This document shows positions 39,075-50,106 of a stretch of 64,000 nucleotides of DNA, in pieces. The notes below the pieces were generated by a model that was not told the origin of the DNA, made no database searches, and saw nothing but the letters and a program-made list of their open reading frames with translations. The position numbers and the translations under genes are program-made. Each line of letters starts with the position of its first letter. The stretch's first letter is position 1. The stretch comes from Mobula hypostoma (taxonomy: Eukaryota), in the NCBI RefSeq assembly GCF_963921235.1, contig NC_086097.1, positions 224,814,001-224,878,000 of the forward strand, in the 5' to 3' direction.

Positions 39075-40001
39075 GGCTACGTCCACACTAGACCAGATAA
39101 TTTTGAAAACGCCGGTTTCGTGTAAAAACGATAGGCGTCCACACCAAGCGTTTTTGAAAATACCTCCGTCCACATTAAAACAGGTACTTGGGCAAATCTT
39201 CTCCTACTGGGCGTGCACAGGACACATCTACAGAAAACAAGTGACGTGTTTGGTATCGAATCTCGCTGTGAAAGTGCACGTTTGTGCAGTTACAGACTAG
39301 AAAAACTTAAAAGGAAATTGCCAAACAAGGGACAGCTGTTGGCTCTCGTGCAGGAGGACTTAAAACTAAAAAAAACAAATACTGGAGCGTATGGAGGCAA
39401 TCGACAGGGAGTTCGCGGACAGTACCCGGCTGACGACTAACATTGAGAAACTGACTAACCGTTGCATTAATAAAGCATTTTGTTAAATGTATAAAACATG
39501 TCTGCATCAGTGTTATTTTGTATTTCCATACAATGTTACATTAGGCTGTTACACATCTATTGTCACATTTATTGCATAAAAAGGTAAACCACCTTCATAC
39601 AAGCAAGGACAGAAAACAGGGCAAAGTGAGTATACTTATTTATTCAGTAAGTTATGGGTCAAAGTATTTGGTGAGTACATTTCTACCCCTTCTGGCTTCA
39701 GTCTTGCTGCCGTCTGTTCTGAAATTGTTAGGTTGTGTGCGGGTTGCGTTCAAGAAAACAACGAAATGCCGCGCTGCGACCATCTGTTCCGGCACGTCAT
39801 GACAGCGTTTTTAAAAATATCCGTTTACCCCGTCCACACTGCTCTGCACAATCTGCATTTTCAAATTTACACACTCTGGAGGGCGCTTTAGAAAAGTTCT
39901 GTTTTCGGGGGAGGAAAATACCGTTTCAGTGTGGACAGAGGGGCAAAACGAAGAGAAAAAGCTTCAGTTACGGATTTATCTGGTCTAGTGTGGACGTAGC
40001 C
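39075..40001. mobile_element. Non-autonomous PIF/Harbinger-like DNA transposon (927 bp)
   Basis: Perfect 26-bp TIR GGCTACGTCCACACTAGACCAGATAA (39075-39100 and 39976-40001); TNA trinucleotide flanks; internal coding remnant at about 39298-39460. Confidence 0.85.
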
Positions 40002-40039
40002 TCAGTGCCTATTGTTTACCAGTTTCTCCCCCAGTTGGG

Positions 40040-40482
40040 TCTCGGCCTCACAAAATAACCACCAAGAGGACCACAACTTTGTCGTGGTTCGGAGGACTGT
40101 GTGCCTCACTGACCCAGAGGGTTATGTTGGCTGGAGTCAGATCACTGTGCTTTGGCTCTTGGTGGGTCACCCATGCCAAACAGGTCAAAGAGTAGCGGAC
40201 AGACTAAGAGTGATCTGCCAGTGCTCCAAGTTCAGGGGTTCAGCTCAGGGCTAACAACCCTGACTGCTAAAACAAAATGGCTACAGAAACAGCAATAAAG
40301 ATTCCGCCTACATCTGTGTTTGATGGTATTCCTAAATCTCCACCTGGGACTTGCATGACTGACATTAGTGCAAACTGAGAGGAAGCTACTGACATGATGA
40401 AGGAAGCCCTGAACACTGCCAGAGATAGAGGACCTGCATTGCTGCCCTAAACACCAGCAGTGTAACAGACAGTGCGTAAGTG
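40040..40482 (+). mobile_element. Non-autonomous RTE (Rex3/Expander-like) derivative
   Basis: GTCGTGGT..TGCCTCACTGACCC..TATGTTGGC..GGGTCACCCATGCCAAACAGGTC..CAGACTAAGAG resembles the recalled Rex3/RTE 5' UTR; joined to a short 3' end. Confidence 0.5.
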
Positions 40483-40612
40483 AAATATATCTAAGTAAAT
40501 ATTTTGGAAATGATTCACTTAATAATTAAATTAAAATTATATAAACAGTCAATCTTAAACACTGTGTAAGGATATTCCAGAGATTACCATGTCTCACTTT
40601 TCTAACTTGATA

Positions 40613-41622
40613 TTAGTCATAGTCATAGTCATACCTTATTGATCCCAGGGGAAATTGGTTTTTGTTACAGTTGCACCATAAATAATTAAATAGTAATAAA
40701 ACCATGAATGATTGAATAGTAATATGTAAATTATGCCAGGAAATAAGTCCAGGACCAGCCTATTGGCTCAGGGTGTCTGACCCTCCAAGGGAGGAGTTGT
40801 AAAGTTTGATGGTCACAGGCAGGAATGACTTCCTATGATGCTCTGTGCTGCATCTTGGTGGAATGAGTCTCTGGCTGAATGTACTCCTGTGCCCAACCAG
40901 TCCATTATGTAGTGGATGGGAGACATTGTCCAAGATGGCATGCAACTTGGACAGCATCCTCTTTTCAGACACCACCGTGAGAGAGTCCAGTTCCATCCCC
41001 ACAACATCACTGGCCTTACGAATGAGTTTGTTGATTCTGTTGGTGTCTGCTACTCTCAGCCTGCTGCCCCAGCACACAACAGCAAACATGATAGCACTGG
41101 CCACCACAGACTCGTAGAACGTCCTCAGCATCGTCCGGCAGATGTTAAAGGACCTCAGTCTCCTCAGGAAATAGAGACGGCTCTGACCCTTCTTGTAGAC
41201 AGCCTCGGTGTTCTTTGACCAGTCCAGTTTATTGTCAATTGGTATCCCCAGGTATTTGTAATCCTCCACCATGTCCACACTGACCCCCTGGATGAAAACA
41301 GGGGTCACCAGTGCCTTAGCCCTCTTCAGGTCTACCACCAGCTCCTTAGTCTTTTCACATTAAGCTGCAGATAATTTTGCTCACACCATGTGACAAAGTT
41401 TCCTACAGTAGCCCTGTACTCAGCCTCATCTCCCTTGCTGATGCATCCAACTATGGTAGAGTCATCCGAAAACTTCTGAAAATGGCAAGACTCTGTGCAG
41501 TAGTTGAAGTCCGAGGTGTAAATGGTGAAGAGAAAGGGAGACAAGACAGTCCCCTGTGGAGCCCCAGTGCTGCTGATCACTCTGTTGGACACACAGTGTT
41601 GCAAGCACACATACTGTGGTCT
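40613..41622 (-). mobile_element. Rex1/Babar LINE 3' portion, well preserved (one frameshift)
   Basis: ORF 41332-41610 (TGAPQGTVLSPFLF, KFSDD) and ORF 40760-41338 (YKYLG, KKGQSRLYFLRRLRSF); (TAGTCA)n tail on +. Confidence 0.92.
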
Positions 41623-41729
41623 GCCATTTATTCATCCTTTCTCATGGCACAGAGGCCATTTTGCTTATCAAGTTTACACCAGCTCCCGTTCGTCTCCTCT
41701 CTCATACTCCCATCAAATCACTTGATTCT

Positions 41730-41915
41730 TCTATCGTCGATATACACTGGGGCAAGTTACAATTACCACTTAACCTACTTACCGAAACAGTACTAGGAAA
41801 CTGGAGGAAACCAGAGTGCCGAACAGGAGCTCATGCACGCATGGGGAGAACATGCAAACTCCGCGCAGACAGCACCAGAGGTTTGATTTACTTCTGTCCC
41901 CCAACTGCTGCGCAG
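41730..41915 (-). mobile_element. V-SINE-like SINE
   Basis: GGAGGAAACCAGAGTGCC..GGGGAGAACATGCAAACTCCGCGCAGACAGCACC core. Confidence 0.65.
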
Positions 41916-42024
41916 CTTCATGGAGGAAAATGATGCCTTCATTGTAAAAAAAACTTTTTAAAAATACTCTTAAACCTTTTTTCCTGATATATTGCAAGTG
42001 GGCTGTGTCTTTGATGTCAATAAA

Positions 42025-42975
42025 TTCAAAGGTACAAAGGTTCATTTATTATCAAAGTATAGAATTCTGAAATTTATCTTCTCTGGGTAGCCATGAAACC
42101 AAGAAAGAAAAGAAAGGCAGCACAATCATCAACACTAATCCCCTCTCCATGCATAAAAAAATGGAACAGCACAAAAAAATGGAACAGATACATCAACCTC
42201 CAAATCCCTCTTCCTGCAAAAAAAAACCAAACGAAATGGAACAGCTACACCAACCCCCAAATCCTCCCCGCCCACATAAAAATTGGAGAAAGATTGGGGG
42301 AAAAACACAGAATACAAAAAAAAGCAGTAAGACCGAAAATCGCAGTCCAAGTCCACATGCAAAACGCAGAAAATCTGGGCAACATTCTCCGGAGACAGCG
42401 GCAGGCTGTCCCCTCTCTGGTAGTGTAGCAGAGCGATCCTCAGCGATAAAAAGGCAGGCAGCTGATGCACACCTTCTGCACTCACCTCTGTGTTTTCAAT
42501 CTCCCTCATTGCTTTAATTGGTGAAATGAAGTCAAACATTCGCCTGCACCCCATGCCGCAGCCTGCCCACCACAATTTCGAGTACGCTGCCTCTGTCTCC
42601 CTGAATCCTTTCAGAGACTGTGAGGCACTGAAGCACCCAAATGATCTCCAAACTTCTGCATTCGCCTCGATCTCCCTCGTCACTTTAATCGGTGAACACT
42701 GGAAGCCTTAATCGGCAAAATGGAGTCGAACATCGGCTCGCACTCCATCCCATGGCCTGCCCGCCTTGAGGTTTGCGCACGCTGCCGCTGTCCCCTGGAA
42801 TCCCCTCAGAGCCGGCAGAGCACCGGAACATCCAAATGATTTCCAGACAGCAAATTACAGACCCCAACAGTTCCGGAATCACATCCAGGACAAAAAGCAA
42901 ACATAGAAGAAGTGAAATATACAGTTTCATGATCTATCCAGAATGTTGCTGAACAAAGGAGCATTGTACACAGAC
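42025..42975 (-). mobile_element. Non-autonomous LINE-derived element with a Rex1-like 3' tail
   Basis: TTTATTATCAAAGTAT on + is the reverse complement of the Rex1 tail; CpG-containing body; short internal duplications at 42150-42300. Confidence 0.5.
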
Positions 42976-43726
42976 TGAAATTTCCCTGTAGTTTGGAGAG
43001 GCTATTTTGCTGATTGAATTTAGAGAATTTCCATTCTTGATCTGCAAAGTGATTAATGGGTAAGGGGAGTCTCAAATGAATCAGTAAACATCTATGAAGC
43101 TAATTTAATAAACATAGGGTCAAAAATAATGGGTCAAAGGGCCTGGTTCTGTGTTGTGGAGTTCTATGACAGTATGACTCTAAATTCCTCGGCTTTTGAA
43201 GGTGGAATCCAGATAATGACTATGGTACTTTAGGGCCAATAATTCTGTTAATGAACAAATTTGTGTATAACTATTTCCAATATAATCTCAGAGCATGGTG
43301 GACCTTGTTTAAATATTGACCTGTAAATAGCTCAAAAGTTTTCAGATGTATCTTTGTAAGTGAAGGAGGGGAACAGCTAGGTACCAATCAAATGGATTAT
43401 CCTGCAGTCTGCAGGAATTTAAGATCAACTTCCTGGACATGCTCAAGTCAAAGCAGTATAGGAAACGTAATTGGAATTAATACAAACTGTTTTTTTTCCA
43501 ATTTCAATGAACACTTGCATGTTAGTAAGAAAAAATATTGGAGAAAAAGGGCTGTATCACCAGATGAGTTGATTGGAAGTAGCAGATCATGTGAGGAAAT
43601 CTGCAAAGTAATGACTAACCTGGGTTATAAACTTGAGGATCATTGATAGGATTTAAAGGGAGGGGAATTAACTTCAGCCTGGCCTTAAAATGAAGCTGAA
43701 GTCCAAAACAAAAAATCTGATTAGAA

Positions 43727-44719
43727 TAAACAAGAGAGAATCTGCAGGAGCTGGAAAGCCAAGCAACACTCACAAAATGCTGGAGGAACTCAGCAGGCCA
43801 GGCAGCATCTATGGAAAAGAGTAAACAGTCGACATTTCAGGCCGAAAGCCTTTGGCAGGCCTGGAGGAAAAAAGATGAGGAGTAGATTTAAAAGGTGAGG
43901 GAGGGGAGAGAGAAACACCAGGTGATAGGTGAAACTGGGAGGGGGAGGGATGAAGTAAATAGCTGGGAAGTTGATTGGTGAAAGAGGCACAGGGCTGGAG
44001 AAGAAGGAGACTGATAGAAGGCCATGAAAGAGAGAAAAAGGGGAGGGGAACCAGAGGGAGGTGATGGGCAGGCAAAGACATAAAGTGAGAGAGGGAAAAG
44101 GGGTGGGGGACTGGTGAAGGAGAGGATGGGGGAGCATTACTGGAAGTTCGAGAAATTGATGTTCATGCCATCAGGTTGGAGGCTACCAGATGGAACCTAA
44201 GGTGTTGGTCCTCCAACCTGAATGTGGTTTCATCATGACAGTAGAGGAAGCAATGGATTGACATATCGGAATGGGAATGGGAAGTGGAATTAAAATGAGT
44301 GGGCACTGGGAGATCCCACTTCTCCTGGCGGACGGAGTGTAAATCCTCGGTGAAGCGGTCTCCCAATCTACATTGGGTCTCATTGATACACAGGAGGCCA
44401 CACTGGGAGCACCGGACCCCAACAGACTCATAGGTGAAGAATTGCCTCACCTGGAAGGACTGTTTGGGGCCCTGAATGGTAGTGAGGGAGGATGTGTAGG
44501 GGCAGGTGTAGCATTTGTTCCACTTGCAAGGATAAGTGCCAGGAGGGAGACTAGTAGGGAGGGATGAATGGACAAGAGAGTCGTGTAGGGAGCAATCCCT
44601 GTGGAAAGCAGTAAGTTGGGGGAGGAAAAGATGTGCCTGGAGGTGCAATCCCGCTGGAGGTGGTGGAAGTTCCAGAGAATTATGTGCTGGAAACGGAGGC
44701 TGGTGGGATGGTAGGTGAG
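43727..44719 (-). mobile_element. Penelope-like element 3' part: Cys knuckle and GIY-YIG endonuclease remnant plus terminal repeat
   Basis: ORF 44163-44732 (PCKWNKCYTC..CSQCGLLCINETQCRLGDRFTEDL..PVPTHFN..RLEDQHL) fits a PLE GIY-YIG domain; degenerate hammerhead downstream on the same strand at about 43826-43863. Confidence 0.88.
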
Positions 44720-44741
44720 TGGTAGATCTCATTAGAATATA

Positions 44742-45423
44742 TAGTGCTGAGCAAAAGTCTTAGGCACATATATATAGCTAGGTTGCCTAAGAATGTTGTG
44801 TAGGACTGTAGTTATTTTATATATTGCACTGTATGGTTGCCACAAAAATTCCCCAGATTTCATGACAAATTTTATGTGAGTGATGATAAACCTGATTCGA
44901 TCTGGGTCTATTGTGGACTGAGAGTGGGAAGAAAACAGGGAGAGGGGAATCATGATTAGAAAAGGGGAAAGGGAGAGGGCAGTGAGCAGGAAGCAACAGA
45001 GAGACAGTCCTGCTGAAGGGTCTCAGCCCGAAACGTCGACTGTACTCTTTTCCATAGATGTTGCCTGGCCTGCTGAGTTCCTCCAGTGTTTTGTGTGTGT
45101 TGCTTGAATTTCCAGCATCTGCAGATTTTCTCTTGTTTGTCTCCAGAGAGACATTCTGTAATGATCAATAAACCAATTATTTGTAATCAAATAACCTTGC
45201 CTGGTGTCTCAGGGCTGGGTGTGTCTGCACCCGCACCACCTCCTCGTTCCTGGCACTCCTTCTCTGCCAACCCATGTTGCTCCACTCTCGCCACTCCCAA
45301 CATCCTTTGCTCCCACCAGATTTACAAACTCGCTCTCCATTCGACGTTGAAAAATACATTACTACGCAAAAGTCTTAGGCACCCTAGCTATACATATGTG
45401 CCTAAAACTTTTGCACAGTACTG
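44742..45423. mobile_element. Composite Tc1/mariner-type element bounded by two inverted mini-MITEs
   Basis: About 67-bp hairpin units (consensus CAGTACTGTGCAAAAGTCTTAGGCAC...) at 44742-44808 and 45357-45423, in opposite orientation, with TA flanks. Confidence 0.65.
45007..45143 (+). mobile_element. Penelope-like terminal-repeat insertion with 10-bp TSD
   Basis: CAGAGAGACA at 44997-45006 and 45144-45153; hammerhead with a core substitution (CTGCTGA) at 45004-45043. Confidence 0.8.
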
Positions 45424-45461
45424 TACTTAAATAAGTGACCTACTTATATGGTTGTCTATGC

Positions 45462-45772
45462 TTTAAGGAAGTGCAAGATCAGACCCGAGGACCTGGAGGT
45501 GGTTGCTGCTGACCATACCACTTGACGACAACTGTGTAGGGACGGGCTTCATATTCTGGAGATGGAAAGAACAACCAGAAGACAGCAGAAGAAAGCCAGG
45601 AGAAATGCAGTCATGGTTGCCATCACTACCACCACCACTACTACCTATACATGTCCCATCTGCAATAGAGCTTGTGGGTCCAGGATAGGACTGTATAGTC
45701 ATCAAAGATCTCACCGTTGAAGGAGTGGACGTCGTCATCAGATTTTGATGGACAACCAAAGACAGAGAAGAG
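45462..45772 (+). mobile_element. RTE LINE 3' end
   Basis: Encodes a C-terminal zinc finger, CPICNRACGSRIGLYSHQRSH, typical of RTE ORFs. Confidence 0.8.
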
Positions 45773-45779
45773 ACTTATT

Positions 45780-46640
45780 AGAAGATCACGCCACCAAATA
45801 ATGCGACCAAAGACAACGTCCTTCAGATCGTGAAATTACTTCTTTTACTTTCTGTATTTCTTCTTCTTTTTTCCAACATGATTCAGCTATTATTGGAGCC
45901 TGTGATCAACAGCTTGATGGTGTGTTTTTGTCCAGTTGAATGGTCTGGCGCTTTGCTGTACCTCTGTGAGGTTTCAAGAGACGGGGCACAAGCTCATGAC
46001 CATCTCTATTTCTCACTGATCTTGCCAATTGAAGCATTGAGGGTGATTGAAATCAACGAGGACGAGAGTGGAAGGCGAGCGGGTGTTTGGTGCCATTTGC
46101 CTGAAGGTGACAGACCTCTGTCTCACTCTCACTCATTGCTGTCAGGGGGATGGGGCCTGTGTGTGACCGATCTCTCTCTTGCTTTCACTTCGATCGCTGC
46201 TCCCAGAGGAAGGTGCCTGGGTCCTGGGTCTTGGGCAAGGTTTAATCAATGTGGTTTGTAGACTGGACTCTGTAGTTCATGTTATGATGTGTTTCTAGGT
46301 TCTGATTGCTTTTTTTTGTTGCGGTTTTATTTTATTTTTGTCAGGGAGGACTGGCTCTGTGTCCTGTAGTCAACAAACAACACAGCACTAGATTGAATTA
46401 AACTAAACCTTCCTGGACTGTTTCGTTGACTTTACTGGTTTTATTACCTATATTATGTATATTTTACTCATTTTTTTACCATTTGTGTAATTTGTTCTTT
46501 TTTTATTGGTATTTGATGTTTCTCTTTGAATGAGTTCCATTTTTTTTATTGCTTTAAGGCTGTCTGTGAGAAGAAAAATCCCTGCCTTGTATATTGCATA
46601 CATACTTTGCAAATAAATGTACTTCAAATCTCTGAATCTT
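45780..46640 (+). mobile_element. Non-autonomous LINE-derived element with a Rex1-like 3' tail
   Basis: Degenerate GAAGAT.. start, T-rich 3' half, end CATACTTTGCAAATAAATGTACTT. Confidence 0.5.
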
Positions 46641-46859
46641 TGAACCTCTGCACAGCAAGGAAGTTCAAGGAAGACTCGGTTTGGGTTAGAGATTTTTTTT
46701 GTTTCCCAATCAACATGAAGTCAGCTGTTTTTGGGATTTCCATCAATAAAGAAAATTCCCCTGAATGCCTTACAGGTGGAACTGCAAAAATTGGCAATGC
46801 AGACAGCAAACCTGCAGGCAGTAGTTAGAGCTACTTCTGAGATCCCCACCTTTAGAAAC

Positions 46860-48220
46860 TTGCCTTCCACTGACTCATTCACTTCACATGAGAGAACGAA
46901 ACACTTGAATTCCACAAATGCTATAGGACCAGAGAATGCAGCAACTGTGATACTGAAGATCTTCACTCCAGAACTAGTTGGACCTCCAGCCAAGTAATCC
47001 TAGTATAGTTACAACACTAGAATTTACTCAACAGTGTGGAAAACTGCCCAGGTATATCCTATTCACAAAAGACAAAATGGTTTGAATCTAACAAATTATA
47101 CCCCAACCATCTATTCCAAACCATCTGCAAGGTCACGGAAGTTGTCATCTACGGTGCAATTAAGCAACACTTACTCTACAATGACTTGGCTTTTGGCACC
47201 CAGTTTGGGTGCTGTTAGGAAAATTTGGCTTCAGACATCATCACAGCCTGGTTGAATTCCAGAAGTGTACCCGGAGAAGTGTGAGGTGGTACACTTTGGA
47301 AGGACAAACTCCAAGGCAGAGTACAAAGTAAATGGCAGGATACTTGGTAGTGTGGAGGAGCAGAGGGATCTGGGGGTACATGTCCATAGATCCCTGAAAG
47401 TTGCCTCACAGGTAGTTAGGGTAGTTAAGAAAGTTTATGGGGTGTTAGCTTTTATAAGTCGAGGGATAGAGTTTAAGAGTCGTGAGGTAATGATGTAGTT
47501 CTATAAAACTCTGGTTAGGTCACACTTGGAGTACAGTCTCCAGTTCTGGTCACCTCACTATAGGAAGGATGTGGAAGCATTGGAAAGGGTACAGAGGAGA
47601 TTTGCCAGGATGCTAACTGGTTTTGGAGTATGCATTATGATCAGAGATGAAGGGAGCTAGGGCTTTACTCTTTTGAGAGAAGGAGGATGAGAGGAGACAT
47701 GATAGGGGTGTACAATAAGAGGAATAGATAGAGTGGATAGCCAGCGCCTCGTCCCCAGGGCACCACTGCTCAATACAAGAGGACATGGCTTTAAGGTAAG
47801 GGGTGGGAAGTTCAAGAGGGATATTAGAGGAAGGTTTTTTACTCAGAGAGTGGTTGGTGCGTGAAATGCACTGCCTGAGTCAGTGGTGGAGGCAGATACA
47901 CTAGTGAAGTTTAAGAGACTACTAGACAGGTATATGGAGGAATTTAAGGTGGGGTGGGGGGTTATATGGGAGGCAGGGTTTAAGGGTCGGCACAACATTG
48001 TGGGCAGAAGGGCCTGTTCTGTGCTGTACTATTCTATGTTCTACGTAAGTAACCATGGCAGCATTTAACCAACTGTGGAATCATGGTGTTGTGGTAAAAC
48101 TGAAATCAATCAGTATCAAAGGTAAAAGACTCAAGTGTTCAGAGTTGTATCACACACAGTGGAAGGTGGTTATTGCTGTTGGAATTTGATCATTGCAGTT
48201 CCAAGACAATATGTCCAGGG
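46860..48220 (+). mobile_element. Old LINE RT fragment (CR1/L2 group) interrupted by a CR1 3' fragment at about 47270-48045
   Basis: AIGPE..ILK..PEL, WKTAQVYPIHK and QFG motifs; the insert has KCEVVHFG, EQRDLGVHVH and a CTATGTT tail. Confidence 0.7.
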
Positions 48221-48426
48221 ACCAGCAAGTAAATACCATTACTAAGACAGCACAGCAGCACCTCTACTTTTCTAGAAGATTATGCAAATTCAGTATGTCA
48301 ACTAAACCTTGAGATGCTTATATAGATGCAAACACGAGGAAATCTGCAGTTGCTGGAAATTCATGCAACATACATCAAAGTTGCTGGTGAACACAGCAGG
48401 CCAGGCAGCATCTCTGGGAAGAGGTA

Positions 48427-48464
48427 CAGTTGACGTTTCGGGCCGAGAGCCTTCGTCAGGACTA
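48427..48464 (-). ncRNA. Minimal hammerhead ribozyme motif (stem mismatches)
   Basis: Minus strand reads TAGTC-CTGACGA-AGGCTCTCGGCCC-GAAAC-GTC-AACTG. Core intact; one mismatch each in stems I and II. Confidence 0.55.
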
Positions 48465-49045
48465 ACTGAAGGAAGAGCTAGCAAGAGATTTGAAAGTGGG
48501 AGGGGGAGGGGGAGATCCAAAATGATAGGAGAAGACAGGAGGGGGAGGGATGGAGCCAAGAGCTGGACAGGTGATTGGCAAAAGGGATATGAGAGGACCA
48601 TGGGACAGGAGGCCCAGGGAGAAAGAAAAGGGGGAGGGGGGAAAAACAGAGGATGGGCAAGGGGTATAGTGAGAGGGACAGAGGGAGAAAAAGGAGAGAG
48701 AGAAAAGGAATGTGTATATAAATCAATAACGGATGGGGTACGATATATAAATAAATAATGGATGGGGTACGCCATCGTTACTGATTTATATACACACATT
48801 CTTTTTCGCTCTCTCCTTTTTCTCCCTCTGTCCCTCTCACTATACCCCTTGCTCATCCTCTGGGTTTCCCCCGCTCCCCCTTTTCCTTCTTCCTGGGCCT
48901 CCTGTCCCATGATCCTCTCATATCCCTTTTGCCAGTCAGCTGTCCAGCTCTTGGCTCCATCCCTCCCCCTCCTGTCTTCTCCTATCATTTTGGATCTCCC
49001 CCTCCCCCTCCCACTTTCAAATCTCTTACTAGCTCTTCCTTCAGT

Positions 49046-49083
49046 TAGTCCTGACGAAGGGTCTCGGCCCGAAACGTCGACTG
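49046..49083 (+). ncRNA. Minimal type-I hammerhead ribozyme (PLE-associated)
   Basis: Stem I TAGTC/GACTG, core CTGACGA, extra A, stem II GGGT-CTCG-GCCC, then GAAAC-GTC. Predicted cleavage after C49078; stem III is the palindrome ACGT. Confidence 0.8.
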
Positions 49084-49539
49084 TACCTCTTCCCAGAGAT
49101 GCTGCCTGGCCTGCTGCGTTCACCAGCAACTTTGATGTGTGATGCTTATATAGATGCACAGTGGGGAGTATCCTGACTGGTTGTATCACGGATTATAGCC
49201 CAGCCCATCACAGGAAAAGTACTCCCCGCCATTAAGCACATCTGCAAGGAGCACAGCCACAAGAAAGCAGCATCCATCATCAAGGACTCCCACCATCCAG
49301 GCAGTTCCATTCTCGCTAAGAGGAGGTACAAGAGTTTTCGGTCCCACACCACCAGGTTCAGAAAAAGTTATTGCCTTTCAACCATCAGGTTCCTGAACCA
49401 GCGTGGGTAACTTCACTCAATATTGAACTGATTCCACAACCTATGGACTTACAATCATGGTCACTGTATTAGGTATGCATGTACACTTGCTTGTTATGCA
49501 AATATCTAATCAGCCGATTGTGTGACAGCAACTCAATGA

Positions 49540-50106
49540 CAGGTTTCAATGAGATTCTTCTCGCCCCACCATTCCTCTAAACTGCAGTGAGTGAGCCATC
49601 AAACACTCTTCAAATGTTAACCTTTGCATACCTGGAATCATTCTTGTGAACCTCCTCTGGACCCTTTCCAACATTAGCACATCTTTTCTTAAATAAGGGG
49701 CTCAAAACTGCTTACAAGACTCCAAGGGCATTCTGACCAATGCCTTATAATGACTCAACATTACTTCCTTGCTTTTTAATTCTAGTCCTCTCAAAATGAA
49801 TGCTAACATTGCATTTGCCTTCCTCTACCGGCAAGTTATTCTTTAGCGAATCTTGCACCATGACTTCCAAGTCCCTTTGCACCTCTGATTTTTGAATTTT
49901 CTCCCTGTTTAGAAAATAGCCTATGCCTTTATTTCTTCCACCAAAGAGAATGACCATACATTTTCCTACACTATACTGCATCTGTCACTTCCTTGCCTAT
50001 TCTCCTAATCTGTCTTTAGTCCTTCTGCAGACTCCCTGCTTCCTCAACACTACTTGCCCCAATACCTATCTTCATATTGTCCACAGACTTGGCCACAAAG
50101 CCATCA
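49540..50106 (-). mobile_element. CR1 LINE fragment
   Basis: ORF 49745-49981 (GKCMVILFGGRNK..EVQRDL). Confidence 0.8.

Larger units (their letters stand above)
48331..49140. mobile_element. Penelope-like inverted-repeat insertion (810 bp) with 18-bp TSD, inside a Rex1 fragment
   Basis: GATGCTTATATAGATGCA at 48313-48330 and 49141-49158; arms at about 48370-48737 and 48772-49140. Confidence 0.92.

Noticed and set aside
42093..42711. Several overlapping ORFs on both strands
   Set aside because: They arise from A-rich, low-complexity repeat sequence.
48302..49189. 295-aa ORF
   Set aside because: Low-complexity read-through of the non-coding PLE palindrome; no domain.
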